In this document: one piece after another, positions 39,270 through 51,379 of the stretch
Numbering within the stretch: the first letter of the stretch is position 1
Layout of the letters: every line of letters starts with the position of its first letter
From: an uncultured Acidobacteriota bacterium
GTDB taxonomy: Bacteria > Acidobacteriota > Blastocatellia > Pyrinomonadales > Pyrinomonadaceae
Direction: 5' to 3'
Length of the DNA stretch: 64,000 bases
Assembly: GCA_963763355.1 (NCBI GenBank)
Contig: CAVXOI010000004.1
Span: 123,514-187,513, forward strand
Position numbers and translations under genes: made by a program
The notes under the pieces: model-generated
What the model saw: the letters and a program-made list of their open reading frames with translations, nothing else
Told to the model about the DNA's origin: nothing
Database searches by the model: none

Positions 39270-39998
39270 TTAGGAAAGATTCAGCGTGATCAGGATGCTG
39301 AAAGCACAAGCGGCAAGATAAATACCGAGACAGACGACTCCAAGCACCTCGACAGTGCGGCCCGCGCTTCGCGGGTCGACGTATTCGTCACCCGGTATCT
39401 GAAGCAGGCCGTATACGGCACCTGCAAGCAGGCCGCCGATATGCGCAGCGTTATCGATGACGTCGAACAAAACAAAGCCAAAAATAAGTATAAATCCGAT
39501 GTTTATAAGCAGGTTCTTGCGAAATTCCGGTGCTATGAATTTTCGACGCTTGAAGGCATAAACGGCCAGGTACGAGATCAAGCCGACTATACCGCCCGAC
39601 GCTCCGACCGACCTGCCGTCGGGGGTATACAACAAACTCAGTATACCGCCGCCCAAAACAGACATAAGAAACACGATCGCAAGGTGCGCGCGGTTCGACA
39701 GCAGTTCGACAAAACCGCCAAAGCTGAACAACGCATAGCCGTTCATTACCAAATGCAGCGGTCCGCCGTGGACCGCGGCCCCAGTTAAAATGAGCCAGTA
39801 CGAGCCGTATCGAAACAACGGCTTGTCGAATGCCGCGGCGTAGGCCTGTTCGTTATATGGCCCGACGTAAAGCTGGGCCGCGAACGCCGCGAGGATCCCG
39901 GCCAGTAACACGTAGGTATAAACAGGGACCGGAAGAAGAACCGCCGGCGACACTTCTTGACTGTACGCCTCGTCTTCGTCTCTAAATTCTAATGACAT
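39270..39998 (-). CDS. rhomboid family intramembrane serine protease
   Basis: HGGPLHLVMNGYALF, GASGGIVGL (GxSG) and the downstream AAHIGGLLAG (His). Confidence 0.8.
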   Translation of the reverse strand: MSLEFRDEDEAYSQEVSPAVLLPVPVYTYVLLAGILAAFAAQLYVGPYNEQAYAAAFDKPLFRYGSYWLILTGAAVHGGPLHLVMNGYALFSFGGFVELLSNRAHLAIVFLMSVLGGGILSLLYTPDGRSVGASGGIVGLISYLAVYAFKRRKFIAPEFRKNLLINIGFILIFGFVLFDVIDNAAHIGGLLAGAVYGLLQIPGDEYVDPRSAGRTVEVLGVVCLGIYLAACAFSILITLNLS

Positions 39999-40011
39999 CC
40001 CCAGTTCACCC

Positions 40012-40832
40012 TCACATCGCTAAACCGCCGTCGGCCTGAACGACCTGACCTGTTATATATCGCGCCGAATCGGAAAGCAGAAAGCAAACGATATCAGCCG
40101 CTTCCTGCACCGTGCCGAGCCGGCCGAGCGGGATCTGGGAGAGTATCTTGTCGCGGTATTCAGCGTTCATTTCAGAGGCCATCTCCGTTTCGACCAGGCC
40201 TAACGCTACGGCGTTGACCGTGATCTTGCGGCTTGCCACTTCTTTCGCGAGCGATTTGGTCAGGCCGATCATGCCGGCCTTTGATGCCGAATAGTTCGAT
40301 TGCCCGATCATCCCGACAACACCGCTGATCGACGAGATATTCACGATCGCCCCGCCATTCGCGTTACGCATCATCGGCCGCACAACGGCCTTGCAAAAAT
40401 TCCACGCTCCTTTAAGATTTGTGTCGATGACGGCGTCCCAGTCTTCTTCCTTCATTCGAAGAATAAGCTGGTCGCGAGTGATGCCCGCGTTGTTCACCAG
40501 CAGATCGATCGTGCCGAAGGCTTCTTTTACAAGGCGACGTAATCGGCGACAAGGTCCGTGGCCGCGACGTCGCATTGAGCGGAAAATGCCTTGACGCCAA
40601 GCGCCTCGACCTCGTGTTTGAGCTTTTCCGCCTCGTCGGCGCTTTTGGCGTAGTTGAACGCCACGTTCGCTCCGCGCTTTGCCAATTCAAGAACGGTCGC
40701 CTTCCCGATACCGCGCGTGCCGCCGGTCACTATCGCGGACAGCCCGCTAAATTGTTTTTCTTCCAATGTTTTATTTTCTCCCGCTATGATCTTAGATTCT
40801 AGTTTCGCTTCGGGGCCCGCGTCAAAACGCAT
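40012..40832 (-). CDS. fabG: 3-oxoacyl-ACP reductase (SDR), one frame break near 40550
   Basis: AIVTGGTRGIGKA, LVNNAGIT, NISSISGVVGMIGQSNYSASKAG (YxxxK), ITGQVVQADGGLAM. The true start is probably TTG 40765, preceded by GGGAGA. Confidence 0.8.
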
Positions 40833-40881
40833 TGATTACGGTTGGACGATTAAACCGGGTTTCATTATCATTTGCCTGCAT

Positions 40882-42367
40882 ATGCCAAAAAGAATTTCGG
40901 TCCTGCTTGTTGCTGTTTTAGTTTTGCTCAACGCGCCGGCGTCCGCTCAAACCCGTTCGGTCGTTATAAACAACGCTCGTATAGTCGATGGTTCGGGCCG
41001 ACCGGCCTTCATCGGAAGCATCAGGATAAAGGGCGACAGGATAGAAAAGATCGGAAAGATCAAAGGCTCGTCATCCGACGAGGTCATCGACGCTGCGGGC
41101 CTCGTGCTGGCACCAGGATTTATCGATATCCACAACCACTCGGAATCGGGATTGCTCCGCGACGGCCATGCACCAACGCAGGTCTCCCAGGGCATTACGA
41201 CCGTGATCGTCGGGCCTGACGGCGGATCGCCTTTCCCGCTGAAGGACTATTTTGCAAAGCTCGAAGGAAAGATCGCGGTCAACGTCGGCGCATTTATCGG
41301 CCACGCAACGCTCCGTCAGCAAGTAATGGCGCGAGACTATATGCGTAAGGCGGCCGACACCGAGATCGCCGATATGCAAATGCTCCTCACGCAGAATATG
41401 CTTCAGGGAGCGTTCGGCTTGTCGTCCGGCCTGGAGTACGACGTGGGTTTCTCGGCATCGACCGAAGAGATGATCGCCCTTGCGAAGATCGCCGCAAAGC
41501 ATCACGGGATCTATATGACGCACATGCGCGATGAAGAAGAAGGGATGCTCAATGCACTGCGCGAAGCCATTCGCATAGGGCGCGAGGCAGGCCTTCCGGT
41601 CCAGATTTCGCATATAAAAATGGGCAACCGCAATGTGTGGGGCCGTTCGGCGGACGCGATCGCCATTGTCGAAGAGTCGCGGAAAAGCGGGCTCGACATA
41701 ACTGCTGACGCTTATCCTTACACTGCCTGGGCGTCGACGATAACGGTGCTGGTGTCGAGCCGCAAGCATGAAGATCGTGCCGAGATCGAAAAAGGATTGA
41801 GAAACGTGGGCGGCGCCGACAAAGTGCTGATAACGAACCACGCCGCAAATCGGTCTTATGAAATGCGAACGATGGAAGATATTGCTGCGTCTAAGAACGT
41901 TTCGCCCGTCGATCTTTACATTGAAATAGTAAAGAACGGCGGTGCCGCTGTCGTTTGCAATTCTATGAACGAGGCAGACGTAAAGGCGTTTTACACCCAG
42001 CCGTGGACGATGGTCTCAAGCGACGGCGGGATCGGCAGCCGCCACCCGCGAGGTGCCGGAACGTTTACGCGCGTGCTCGCTAAATTCGTGCGGGAGGAGA
42101 ATTGGTTTGGGCTCGAAGAAGCCGTGCCGCAAAATGACCTCGATGCCGGCGGCCAGACTGGGCTTGAAGGATCGCGGGTTAATAAAAAAGGGAATGAAAG
42201 CGGACCTTGTCCTTTTCGACCCGGCGGCGGTCGCCGACCGTTCGACTTTTGCCGAGCCTCAGCTTTTATCGGATGGCATTAGAACAGTATTTGTTAATGG
42301 GGCTAAAGTGTGGGATGGCGGCAAAACGACGGGCGCTGTGACGGGCGGTATCCTGCGCCGAAAATAA
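40882..42367 (+). CDS. N-acyl-D-amino-acid deacylase (D-aminoacylase, amidohydrolase superfamily), one frame break near 42100
   Basis: Signal peptide, GFIDIHNHSE, tail ...GLIKKGMKADLVLFDPAAVADRSTFAEP...VFVNG. Pieces 40654..42282 (ATG 40882) and 42053..42367. Confidence 0.75.
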
Positions 42368-42368
42368 C

Positions 42369-43094
42369 TCAACTACCTATCGCTAATGCGTTCCTTTGAA
42401 TCTCGAACAGCTTGCCAATACCGGTTTCCGCAAGGACAAGCATTTCATCCATTTCCTCTCGCGAAAACGGCTCACGCTCGGCGGTTCCCTGAAGCTCGAT
42501 GAACTTGCCTTTGCCCGTACAGACAACATTCATATCGACGTCGGCGTTGGAATCTTCGGTATAGGCGAGGTCGAGGACAGGCGTGCCGTCAACAATTCCG
42601 ACACTCACGGCAGCCACTTCGCTCAGGATCGGCGATGTTTTGATCGTTGCCTGTTTTAACAGCTTTCGGCAGGCCAGAGCAAGAGCCACATAGGCTCCGG
42701 TTATCGACGCGCATCGTGTACCGCCGTCTGCTTGGATAACGTCACAATCCAGAAAGATCTGTCGTTCACCAAGCAGTTTTGTATCGACGATCGCACGCAG
42801 GCTGCGGCCGATAAGCCGCTGGATCTCCTGGGTCCGGCCGGCGGGCCGCTGCGTTTCGCGTTGTGTGCGCGTGCTGGTGGCGCGCGGCAGCATCGCATAT
42901 TCGGCGGTCACCCAGCCAACGCCTTTGTTCCTCAGAAACATCGGTACGCGGTCTTCGACCGAAGCCGTGCAGATCACCTTCGTCCCGCCTACCTCGATCA
43001 ACGCCGAGCCTTCGGCATAAGGCGAGATATTAGGCGTGATCTTTGTGTTCCGAATTTGATCAAAGGTCCGGCCGTCGAGTCTTTCGTAGCTCAT
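42369..43094 (-). CDS. rph: ribonuclease PH
   Basis: [30 protein letters not shown] and [19 protein letters not shown]. Confidence 0.9.
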   Translation of the reverse strand: MSYERLDGRTFDQIRNTKITPNISPYAEGSALIEVGGTKVICTASVEDRVPMFLRNKGVGWVTAEYAMLPRATSTRTQRETQRPAGRTQEIQRLIGRSLRAIVDTKLLGERQIFLDCDVIQADGGTRCASITGAYVALALACRKLLKQATIKTSPILSEVAAVSVGIVDGTPVLDLAYTEDSNADVDMNVVCTGKGKFIELQGTAEREPFSREEMDEMLVLAETGIGKLFEIQRNALAIGS

Positions 43095-43964
43095 AAATGA
43101 TTTTGGTCGAGTTTATCTATCCCGTAGACCTCGATAGCCTCCAGCCGCGACGGCTGTGAGCCGAGAAATCGTTCGGCAACGCGGGCAAACCTTTCAGCAG
43201 CGTCCGTAACGTAAAAATGGTCGAGGTCGTCGCAGAGCGTCCGCTGCCCCGTGATCGTGATCTCGCTCGCGAGCCCTTTCCGAGCAAGAAGCGTCTCTAC
43301 CTCTTCCGCCGCCGCTTCTCCGGAATCGATAAGTCTAACACTTTCACCGACCGTTTTCTGTATGACGTCGCGCAATATCGGGTAGTGCGTGCAGCCAAGA
43401 ACGAGTGCGTCAGGACGGAAGTCTACAACGTCGCGGCAAATGCTTCGCCGCTATCGCATAAGTTTCTGCCTCGTGAAGCCAGTTCTCCTCGGCCAGCGGA
43501 ACAAAAAGCGGGCACGCCGCCTGGACGACCTCGGCATTGTCCGATGCCTTTCGGATCGCGTTTAAATACGCGTTGCTCGAAACGGTCGCCTCGGTCGCGA
43601 TAACGCCGATTCGAGCTTCCGGAAGATGTTTCGTCACCTCGACGGCCTTTCGTGCTCCGGGCCCGATCACCCCGACCACGTCTAAACCGATTCCTTCGCG
43701 GATCTTCGGCAATGCAAGGGCGGACGCCGTATTGCATGCCACGACAAGAAGCTTGATGCCGATCGACGCAAGGAACAGCGAATTCTCGATCGCGTATCGC
43801 TCGACCGTTCTCAACGATTTGGTCCCGTACGGCACACGGGCCGTATCGCCGAGATAAACAAATCGCTCGTCCGGCAGTCGGTCATGCAGCGCACGGTAAA
43901 CCGTAAGACCGCCTACGCCCGAATCGAAGATGCCTATCGGCAATTCGTGTTTGTTTAGACCCAT
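43091..43964 (-). CDS. murI: glutamate racemase (one frame break near 43380-43410)
   Basis: [22 protein letters not shown] and (alternative frame across the break) GCTHYP. Pieces 43410..43964 and 43091..43375. Confidence 0.85.
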
Positions 43965-44191
43965 TACAGAAAAACAAGCCTACCTAAACGCGGAAATAGC
44001 GGCAACTCCCGCGATGCCAAAAACAAAGGAAGGTACCGGTCCGTGAGATCGCGGTAGATAAAAATGCTTTACAACGCAAAACGCTGTTGTTACGATGAAA
44101 GGGATACTCGCCACCGGCCCTCCGGTGTGCGGCTCACAAACCTGCCACCCGGATCGACTTACGCCGGCCTCCTCGGCCCTTCCCAAAACAA

Positions 44192-46154
44192 ATGAAAAAA
44201 GCAATTTTTACGTTTCTAGCTGCGGTTTGCGGCGTCTTCGCCGTTAGTAACTTAGATCGGGGATCGCTCCTCACGAACGCCCAGGCCCCTGAAAAAAAGG
44301 GCAATTCCACGACCTTTTCCAACGAAAAGGACCGCGAAATGGCCTCGGAGTTGAAGCGGCTAACTAACCGCGAAACGACCTTACTTTCGCAAAAGCACTT
44401 CGCATATGGTATCGCTTTGGACCTGGACGGTGGATTTCACAGCGTGGCATTGCTGCGGTCCGAGCCTGACGGAGACAGCTCATCGTTTTGCGCGACAAGT
44501 CTTGCCGAAGCGAACCGATTTTTCGGCCGGGACCTCGAAACGGCGGAAAGTCTGCCCCGCCTCGAGCGTCCGAAGCGAAACACTGCAAAACTGGCTGAGG
44601 ACCACGAAATGTCAGAGGCCGAGTTCATTTTTTACACGAATCTTATCGAGGAAGCCCGCCAGAACCGGCTAATGTCGCCCAATTCGGCAACGATAAACAT
44701 TGTGAATGGCGACGGAGCCGGAGAAGGCTTTAATGATGCGACAGCGGCTTTCGCCAATCCTGAAGGCGGCAACACTGGAGCGACCAGAGGCGAGCAAAGA
44801 CTCAATGTTTTCAATTTTGCCGCCGGCATTTGGGGTGCATTTCTCGACACCAGCGTTCCGATCGTTGTAAATTCGCAATTCAATCCGCAGACCTGCTCAA
44901 CAGGCAGTGCCGTACTCGGCTCGGCCGGCGCTTTTACGGGCGTTAGCGGTTTTCCGGGGCAGGCTGTTCCCGGGGCATGGCATCACATTTCGCTTGCGAA
45001 TAAACAGGCGGGAGCCGATTTATTTCCGGCAGACCCCGACATTAACGCGACGTTCAATCTCAGCATCGATTCAAGCTGCTTCGCCGCCGGCCACAGATGG
45101 TATTACGGCTTGGACAACGCGACGCCGGCCAACAGGACGAACCTTCTTGTCGTGCTGCTTCATGAAATGGGGCATGGGCTCGGGTTCTCTACATTTGCCA
45201 ACGGTTCTACCGGAGCCCTGGCAGGCGGGTCACCGGATGTTTGGAACCACCTAATGTTTGACAGCGCGACCGGCCAGTACTGGAGCTCAGCCGCAATGAC
45301 GAACGCACAGCGGAAGGCGTCGGCGACCAGCAACGGAGCGCTTCGCTGGGACGGCCCGAGTGTAAAAATGGCGTCCAGCTATCTTACCGGGGGCCGTGAT
45401 GCCGCGTCCGGGCAAGTTCAGCTTTATGCACCTACTACATTCTCGCGCCGGTTCTTCGGTTTCCCATTTCACGACGGCGGCATCTCCGAACTTGCTTATG
45501 GAGCCGTTCATCAACGCCGGCCTGCCGATCGACGGAGACCTTACCCGTCAACTTTTGCGAGATATAGGGTGGTTTCGCGATACTACCGCGGACGTAACGC
45601 CGGATACTATCTCCGGGGTGACGCCGAACAGCGGCGCCGCCGTGATCGGCTCGGTGGCGTCCATCACATGGACTAACGGCGGAAGCTTCAACCGCAACGT
45701 CAAGATCGAGCTTTCTACCGACGGCGGAGCAACCTACCCGACAGTGATCGCGGCAAACGCGGCGAACACCGGTACTTTTGCCTGGACCGTGCCTAATATG
45801 CCGACCGCGACGGCCCGTATTCGGGTCCGGGAAGCGGATTTTGCGGCCCCGTCGGGCTCTTCGTCGGCCAACTTTGCGATCAGCTCCAGCCCGCTTGCGG
45901 GCGGAGCTGTCGTGTCCGGCCGGGTCCTGGATCAAAACGGCAGGGCGATCTCGCGAGCGATGGTCGTTCTTAACGACGCGAGCGGCGCATCTCGGACCGC
46001 TGTTTCAAATCCCTTCGGATACTTTACGTTTGATGATGTGCCGGTTGGCGAGACCTATGTCGTAAATGTTAGGCACAAGCGATACCGATTCGAAGCCCAG
46101 GTGATCAACCTGAGCGACAGCTTCGCCGGGCTGGTATTCATGGCCTCGGAGTGA
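44192..46154 (+). CDS. secreted zinc-metalloprotease-like protein with C-terminal CarboxypepD_reg-like domain (one frame break near 45450)
   Basis: Signal peptide, LLHEMGHGLGF (HExxH), tail GRVLDQNGRAI...PFGYFTFDDVPVGETYVVNVRHKRYRF. Pieces 44192..45676 and 45396..46154. Confidence 0.65.
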
Positions 46155-46179
46155 ATCGATTACAAGGACTTGATCAGAT

Positions 46180-46206
46180 AACGGCCTTTCGGGGCCGTTT
46201 TTTTTA
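46180..46206 (+). terminator. intrinsic terminator
   Basis: aacggcc / tttcgg / ggccgtt followed by a T-run of about 7. Confidence 0.75.
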
Positions 46207-46253
46207 CGTTCGAAGCTTCTTGTCGGGCCGCGGCTAAGTTGCGCCTCCCATAG

Positions 46254-46838
46254 TCAACTCCTTAACTGGGTCAACACCCGCTCTATATTGCGTTCGACCG
46301 CGGCGTCCGATCTCAACGAACCGAGGTATCGCAGGATCTCTTTCTTCCGGCCCGGCGTTAACTTGTCGAATGCCTCCGCGACGCGCGGATCCGAATCGAG
46401 TGCCGCACGAAACTTTGGCGGGACCGGCACAATTCTTTCGCTCGGATCGAACTCGATCTCAAAATGGGCGGTATCGCCCACGTTCAGGCCCGAGGCCTTC
46501 AACATTTCGCCGTTGACGTACAGACGCCACTGGCCGCGGTATCGTACGAGCGTCTGCACAAATTCGGCACCGTTGAGCGTTCCGCGCACGGGGATCGGCC
46601 CCTTCGACCTTCCGGCCTGCTCAAAGATCACTGCCAGCACTTCTTCGGCCGGATCGACCACTGGATTGATACCGAGCTTATATATTTTCGCCGAAAATTT
46701 GATCACGTCTATTCGCACTTCCCGCCCATCGACCCTATCCGGCGCGCCTTGCGGCTTCGCGAGAAGCGGTCCGGAACTGAAAGGAACTTCCGGCCGATTT
46801 TGAGCGTAAGGCATCGAGGCTATAATACTAATTACCAT
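46254..46838 (-). CDS. DUF1905 plus YdeI/OmpD-associated domain protein
   Basis: FSAKIYKLGINPVVDP, VRGTLNGAEF and PGRKKEILRYLGSLRSDAAVERNIERV. The start may be ATG 46814. Confidence 0.55.
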   Translation of the reverse strand: MVISIIASMPYAQNRPEVPFSSGPLLAKPQGAPDRVDGREVRIDVIKFSAKIYKLGINPVVDPAEEVLAVIFEQAGRSKGPIPVRGTLNGAEFVQTLVRYRGQWRLYVNGEMLKASGLNVGDTAHFEIEFDPSERIVPVPPKFRAALDSDPRVAEAFDKLTPGRKKEILRYLGSLRSDAAVERNIERVLTQLRS

Positions 46839-47466
46839 GTTTTGTCCTCAGTGCGGCTCAACGCAAAGCGATGAATTAAGATTCTGCAAGTCCTGCGGCG
46901 CGAACCTTCAGGCCCTGCGGCAGGTGATGGCGTCGCGGGAAACCGACGAAAAATTTGACTGGAGCAAGACCTGGCTCGCCGAAATGTTTCAGTCCGGCGA
47001 GGTTGCCACGAAGCGGGCTGCTGAGATCGACTTGCTGATGGGACGAACTCCCGAAGAAAAGCGGCTGATCGAGATCAAGGCGGGCGTCATTACCGCCAGT
47101 GTCGGCATAGGTGTCGCGGTCCTGCTCTTTGTTCTCATGGGAGGCATTATTGCCAGCGGCCGTGTTTCTGATGCAGCCGCCGAGATACTTAGCCGCATCT
47201 GGATTGTCGGTATTCTCCCGCTCATGATCGGTGTCGCATTGATAATAAACGGCGTGTTAGTAAGCAAGAGACGCGGCGAAAGCGAGAACGTTGTATCGGC
47301 AGCGGGAAAGCTACCTCAAGCCGAGGGTGCTTCACCAAGTGAGACCCAAAGGCTCCATGATGCCGAGGCCGGCGGCTACCTTTCACCCGCCGATACGAAC
47401 GAGCTTATCGGCACGCCGTTAAGTGTCACAGACGAGACCACCCGACACTTGAAACAACCCCGTTAA
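46837..47466 (+). CDS. zinc-ribbon membrane protein
   Basis: MFCPQCGSTQSDELRFCKSCGANL followed by two TM helices. Confidence 0.6.
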   Translation: MFCPQCGSTQSDELRFCKSCGANLQALRQVMASRETDEKFDWSKTWLAEMFQSGEVATKRAAEIDLLMGRTPEEKRLIEIKAGVITASVGIGVAVLLFVLMGGIIASGRVSDAAAEILSRIWIVGILPLMIGVALIINGVLVSKRRGESENVVSAAGKLPQAEGASPSETQRLHDAEAGGYLSPADTNELIGTPLSVTDETTRHLKQPR

Positions 47467-47472
47467 AAGCAA

Positions 47473-47506
47473 TTGCGGATTTTGGCTTTCAATCCAAAAT
47501 CCGCAA
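47473..47506. repeat. 13-bp perfect hairpin ttgcggattttgg / ccaaaatccgcaa after the zinc-ribbon gene
   Basis: Read directly. A third partial word, atccaaaat, follows at 47512-47520. Confidence 0.75.
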
Positions 47507-47558
47507 ATTAAGATCCAAAATCGAACTGGACAGGCCGGCCTTGCTCTGCTCCCGTTTG

Positions 47559-48792
47559 CTACTCGAGAGGCTGAAAATAGTCCTTCGCGACAAGACGCCC
47601 GATCTTCTTTCCCATGTTAACGCCGTGTACGTCGGCGGTCCGGAAATGGTACCCGACGTAAACGCGGGCGTCGATCATTTCATGGTTGATATCATCGGTG
47701 CTGGCGAAATTGCGCGTTGTGCCCGTTACGACGCTCGTCATTGTAAAGTTGACAAATTTGGTCCCGAAGAATTGGTGGATCGTTTCTGAGAACGCTCCCC
47801 ATGTGGCCGAGTGGGTGGAAACGTAGTCGGGGAAATTAGGCGTCGCGGCGAGCGGCGTCCAGGTCGGGTCCGCGACAGTGTCCGGATTGCCGTCTGTGTC
47901 CGCATTGCGGACCGCAGTGATCGGCCGCCAAAAACCGAAGTAGTATTTCGACTCGACGCTTGCGATCGCTGAATCGCCGAGAGCCACGTAAAGCATCGCG
48001 AACAGCCGGGCGTTGTCTTCCAAACTCATTGCTTTGTCGAACGCCAGCTGCCGAAACCCGCGTGCGGTTTGTGCCGGTCCGTTGTCGGTATAGAAAAGTC
48101 CGATCACCCGTTGTTCTTCTGTACGATCCGGGCAGTTGAAACATCCGAGTCGTTTGATCTCGTTAAAATCTGCGGTGTATTGATCGCTGGTCAATGCCGG
48201 CGGGCCGTCCGCCCGAAACTGTGACGCGGTCTCCATCGCAAATGGGCGCATCTGGCCGAGGTAAACAACAATTGGCGGAACGGGCGACGTTGGGATCCAC
48301 GCCCCTGGCCCGCTGCCGGGAGTGTAGGTCACAGGTGCGTTACGCCCGTCGCCAACCCGAGAAGCCAAGAATAGATTCGCGACCTCGGTACCGACCGCGA
48401 TCCCGTCAGTTTTAGCCTGCCCGTCAGGTATCAACGCCAGCGAACTCGCATATCGAGCGTCGAATGTAGCCGCCTGTGCCGGCAAGATCGCCCGCAACAC
48501 CGTATAGGCAGCCGCAACCGCGGCCGCGTCCTTTGACGCTCCCCGCAGGTACGCTCGACGGCGTAACCGCAAACGGCGTATACCGTCCGTCTATAGCATT
48601 TACAGCGTCATACACGGCTATGTGCATGTACGCGAGATCGACGTAACCTCCCGGTCCTCTGCCTCCGGATACCACGGCCGAAGCGGCGTAAGAATTCCAG
48701 TCTGTAATAGGATCGGCATTTGCCGACGCGGAAAATCCGGCCATTGCTACAAATACAAGGGCCTTCGTTATGACGTTTGTCCGTATACTCAT
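47559..48792 (-). CDS. PAP2 / vanadium-haloperoxidase-related phosphatase family protein (one frame break near 48500)
   Basis: Signal MSIRTNVITKALVFVAMAGFSASANA, PDYVSTHSATWGA, ARVYVGYHFRTADVHG. Pieces 48424..48819 and 47559..48572. Confidence 0.55.
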
Positions 48793-49046
48793 CGTAAGTC
48801 TCCTCTGTTGAAAAAGCATCAGCGATCTTCAGGTGATTGGTTCGAAAAATGTGTTGCTTTTGCCTGGTTGCGAGCATAGAATGCTCGCGAAAGCCCTATT
48901 GTTTTTGCGTAAAGCTATCCCTCCCGGCATGGGGCCGGTTTCATCAATTCTGTCTCGGAATAGGTTGAGTCCAACTTAGCGGGTCGAGGCGGAAAAAGTC
49001 CTTGAAAAATTATTTAAGATTTCTGAAAGATTTCTCTATGAATTAA

Positions 49047-51245
49047 GTGGCCGCCAACCCCAAGCAAATCTACGAGTTCGGAACCTTTCGCCTTGACCTG
49101 ACGGATCGTTTGTTAACACAAAAAGGAAAGCCGATCGCGCTGACGCCAAAAGCGTTCGAGGTTTTAGTGTGCCTGGTCGAGCGTCGCGGGCACCTCGTTG
49201 AGAAGGACGAGTTGATGAATGCGGTCTGGGCCGACTCGATAGTCGAAGAAGGCAACCTCTCGCGAACTATCTGGATGCTGCGCCAGGCACTGGGCGACGA
49301 CCGAAACGGCCACGGTATTATTCATACCGTGCCGAAACACGGTTATCGGTTTGTCGCGGACGTAAAAGAGCGATTTGCCGACGTGGCTGGCGACGAGGTT
49401 AGTTCCGACTATTATGGTAAGGACGATGCTTGCGGTGAAACCGAGTACCTTTCAAATCGATCGTCTCGCGGTCCGGTCGGCGTTCTGTTGGTCCCTGCAC
49501 CACCCCGTCGGCGTTTCTGGTTATGGACGACCGCCGTTTCCAGTTTGATTGGCATCGCAATCATCGTGATTCAGTTCGGCTTCTCTACGACAAGATCGAG
49601 CAGCCCGATTTCATTTGAACGAATGAATCTCACGCGGTTGACCCAGACGGGACGCGTTCATTCCCCTACCATCTCACCCGATGGTCAGTACGTAGCCTAC
49701 GTTTCCATTGACAACAGATTAACCCTTCAACAAATTGCGACCGGGAGCACTCAACAGATCGTGCCACATCGTAGCGACGTTCAATATTGGGACTGGAAAT
49801 TTGCCCCGGACAACAGCAATTTCTATTTTGTTGCGGCCGAGCGATCCACCGACATAGGGATCCTTTACCAAACCTCAACGCTTGGTGGTCAGCCCAGGAA
49901 GATAATCGAATTTGTAAATGGCGGCCTGGCGTTGTCTCCCGACGGACTGCAAATTGCGTTCAAGAGAATTGACCTAAAAAAACAGGAGACATCGATCGTC
50001 GTTATAGGAATTGATGGCACGGGCGAACACGCGATAGCTTCTGTTAACTCGAATTCGGATTACTGGTCGCTCGATTGGTCGCCTGACGGCTCGACGATCG
50101 CTTACACGATCAGGCGACGGGAACCTGAGAATGAATCGTGGTATGTCGCCGAAATCCCCGCATCGGGCGGGACGGAGCAACGTATAGGCGAACAACACAA
50201 TTCACAGATCTGCTGCGCTCGCTGGCTTCCCAATAAAAGCGGGTTGTTGTTAAACGCGATGGACCCAATCACCCACCAACCGCAGATCTATCATTTGTCG
50301 TACCCCGATGGATCGGAACGGCGCGTAACAAATGACACTGACCACTACGGTTATCTCAGCGTTAGTGCCGATGGAAAGTCAATCGTTACCCAACGGTTCG
50401 ATTGGGATAGGCAAATATGGATCGAGCCCGTCGAAGGTCCCGGCCTTGCTCAGCAGCTCACAACGGCTATTGGTACAAACTTTGATACGGTTGTTTGGTC
50501 AGTAAATAATCATATAGTCTTTGATTGGGACGAAAAGGGTAATTACGGCCACAATAACATTTGGCGAATGGAGGCCGATGGAAGCAGCCTTCGGCAGCTA
50601 ACCTTTGGGGCGAGCCGCGATTTCTCACCTACCGTTTCGCCTGATGGACAAACTATTGTCTTTGTTTCAAGTCGAAGTGGGACAAAGCAGCTTTGGAGCA
50701 TAAACATCGACGGTGGTCAGCCAACGCAAGTGACTAACGTCCCGTACGGTATTACCTATCCGCGATTCGCATCAGACGGACAAACGGTTTTCTTTACTGC
50801 TTCCGTGGGCGGCGAAGGTCGCTTGTGGCGGGCCTCTCTTTCCGGCGGCGAGCCGACCGAGGTCAGCGACGCACATATCGGTTTCTGGGCGATCTCGCCC
50901 GAAGGCGGACGTGCGGCGTACAGCTTCCTTAATAAAGAAACCGGAAAAACGCAGGTAAGAGTTCATGCGCTGAGTGAAGACCGGTCAGATGTGGTTTTGG
51001 ATATTCCGCCTTTGTCCTGGATAGTGTGGTCAAAAGGTGGCACAGCGATCTACTTCAACAGCTATGAGGATCACGGTTTGAACATATGGCGGCAGGAGAT
51101 CGACAGCGAGCGAGCGAAACCGGTTACAGATTTTACCCGGGACGGACAGACGCTGCGGTTTTCCCTTTCACCCGATAGCAAGAAACTAGTTTGCATTCGC
51201 CAAAAACATACAGTTGATGCTGTGCTGATTCGTTTTGAAAAGTGA
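49047..51245 (+). CDS. CadC-like winged-helix regulator fused to one TM and a TolB-like (PD40/WD40-like) beta-propeller
   Basis: YEFGTFRLDLTDRLLTQKGKPIALTPKAFEVLVCLVERRGHLVEKDELMNAVW, HTVPKHGYRF, then repeated SPDG(Q/S)xIA(Y/F) propeller units. Intact 732 aa with a GTG start. Confidence 0.75.
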   Translation: MAANPKQIYEFGTFRLDLTDRLLTQKGKPIALTPKAFEVLVCLVERRGHLVEKDELMNAVWADSIVEEGNLSRTIWMLRQALGDDRNGHGIIHTVPKHGYRFVADVKERFADVAGDEVSSDYYGKDDACGETEYLSNRSSRGPVGVLLVPAPPRRRFWLWTTAVSSLIGIAIIVIQFGFSTTRSSSPISFERMNLTRLTQTGRVHSPTISPDGQYVAYVSIDNRLTLQQIATGSTQQIVPHRSDVQYWDWKFAPDNSNFYFVAAERSTDIGILYQTSTLGGQPRKIIEFVNGGLALSPDGLQIAFKRIDLKKQETSIVVIGIDGTGEHAIASVNSNSDYWSLDWSPDGSTIAYTIRRREPENESWYVAEIPASGGTEQRIGEQHNSQICCARWLPNKSGLLLNAMDPITHQPQIYHLSYPDGSERRVTNDTDHYGYLSVSADGKSIVTQRFDWDRQIWIEPVEGPGLAQQLTTAIGTNFDTVVWSVNNHIVFDWDEKGNYGHNNIWRMEADGSSLRQLTFGASRDFSPTVSPDGQTIVFVSSRSGTKQLWSINIDGGQPTQVTNVPYGITYPRFASDGQTVFFTASVGGEGRLWRASLSGGEPTEVSDAHIGFWAISPEGGRAAYSFLNKETGKTQVRVHALSEDRSDVVLDIPPLSWIVWSKGGTAIYFNSYEDHGLNIWRQEIDSERAKPVTDFTRDGQTLRFSLSPDSKKLVCIRQKHTVDAVLIRFEK

Positions 51246-51379
51246 AGGTCGGCGTCTTGGAAGCGATCCCGCAGTTCCGCGGCCCGCAACTTCAGGATCT
51301 GTTATGCGGGTGGGACTTGAATCTTTGAAATGAATTTTACTTTCGGTCCCAAATCTAGCGTGCAAATTCGAACATAAAT

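Noticed and set aside
43981-44190. REP-1 relic (taccggtccgtg) in the murI / HExxH-protein spacer
   Set aside because: Only an 8-nt identity (taccggtc) with no inverted partner, which is within chance expectation.
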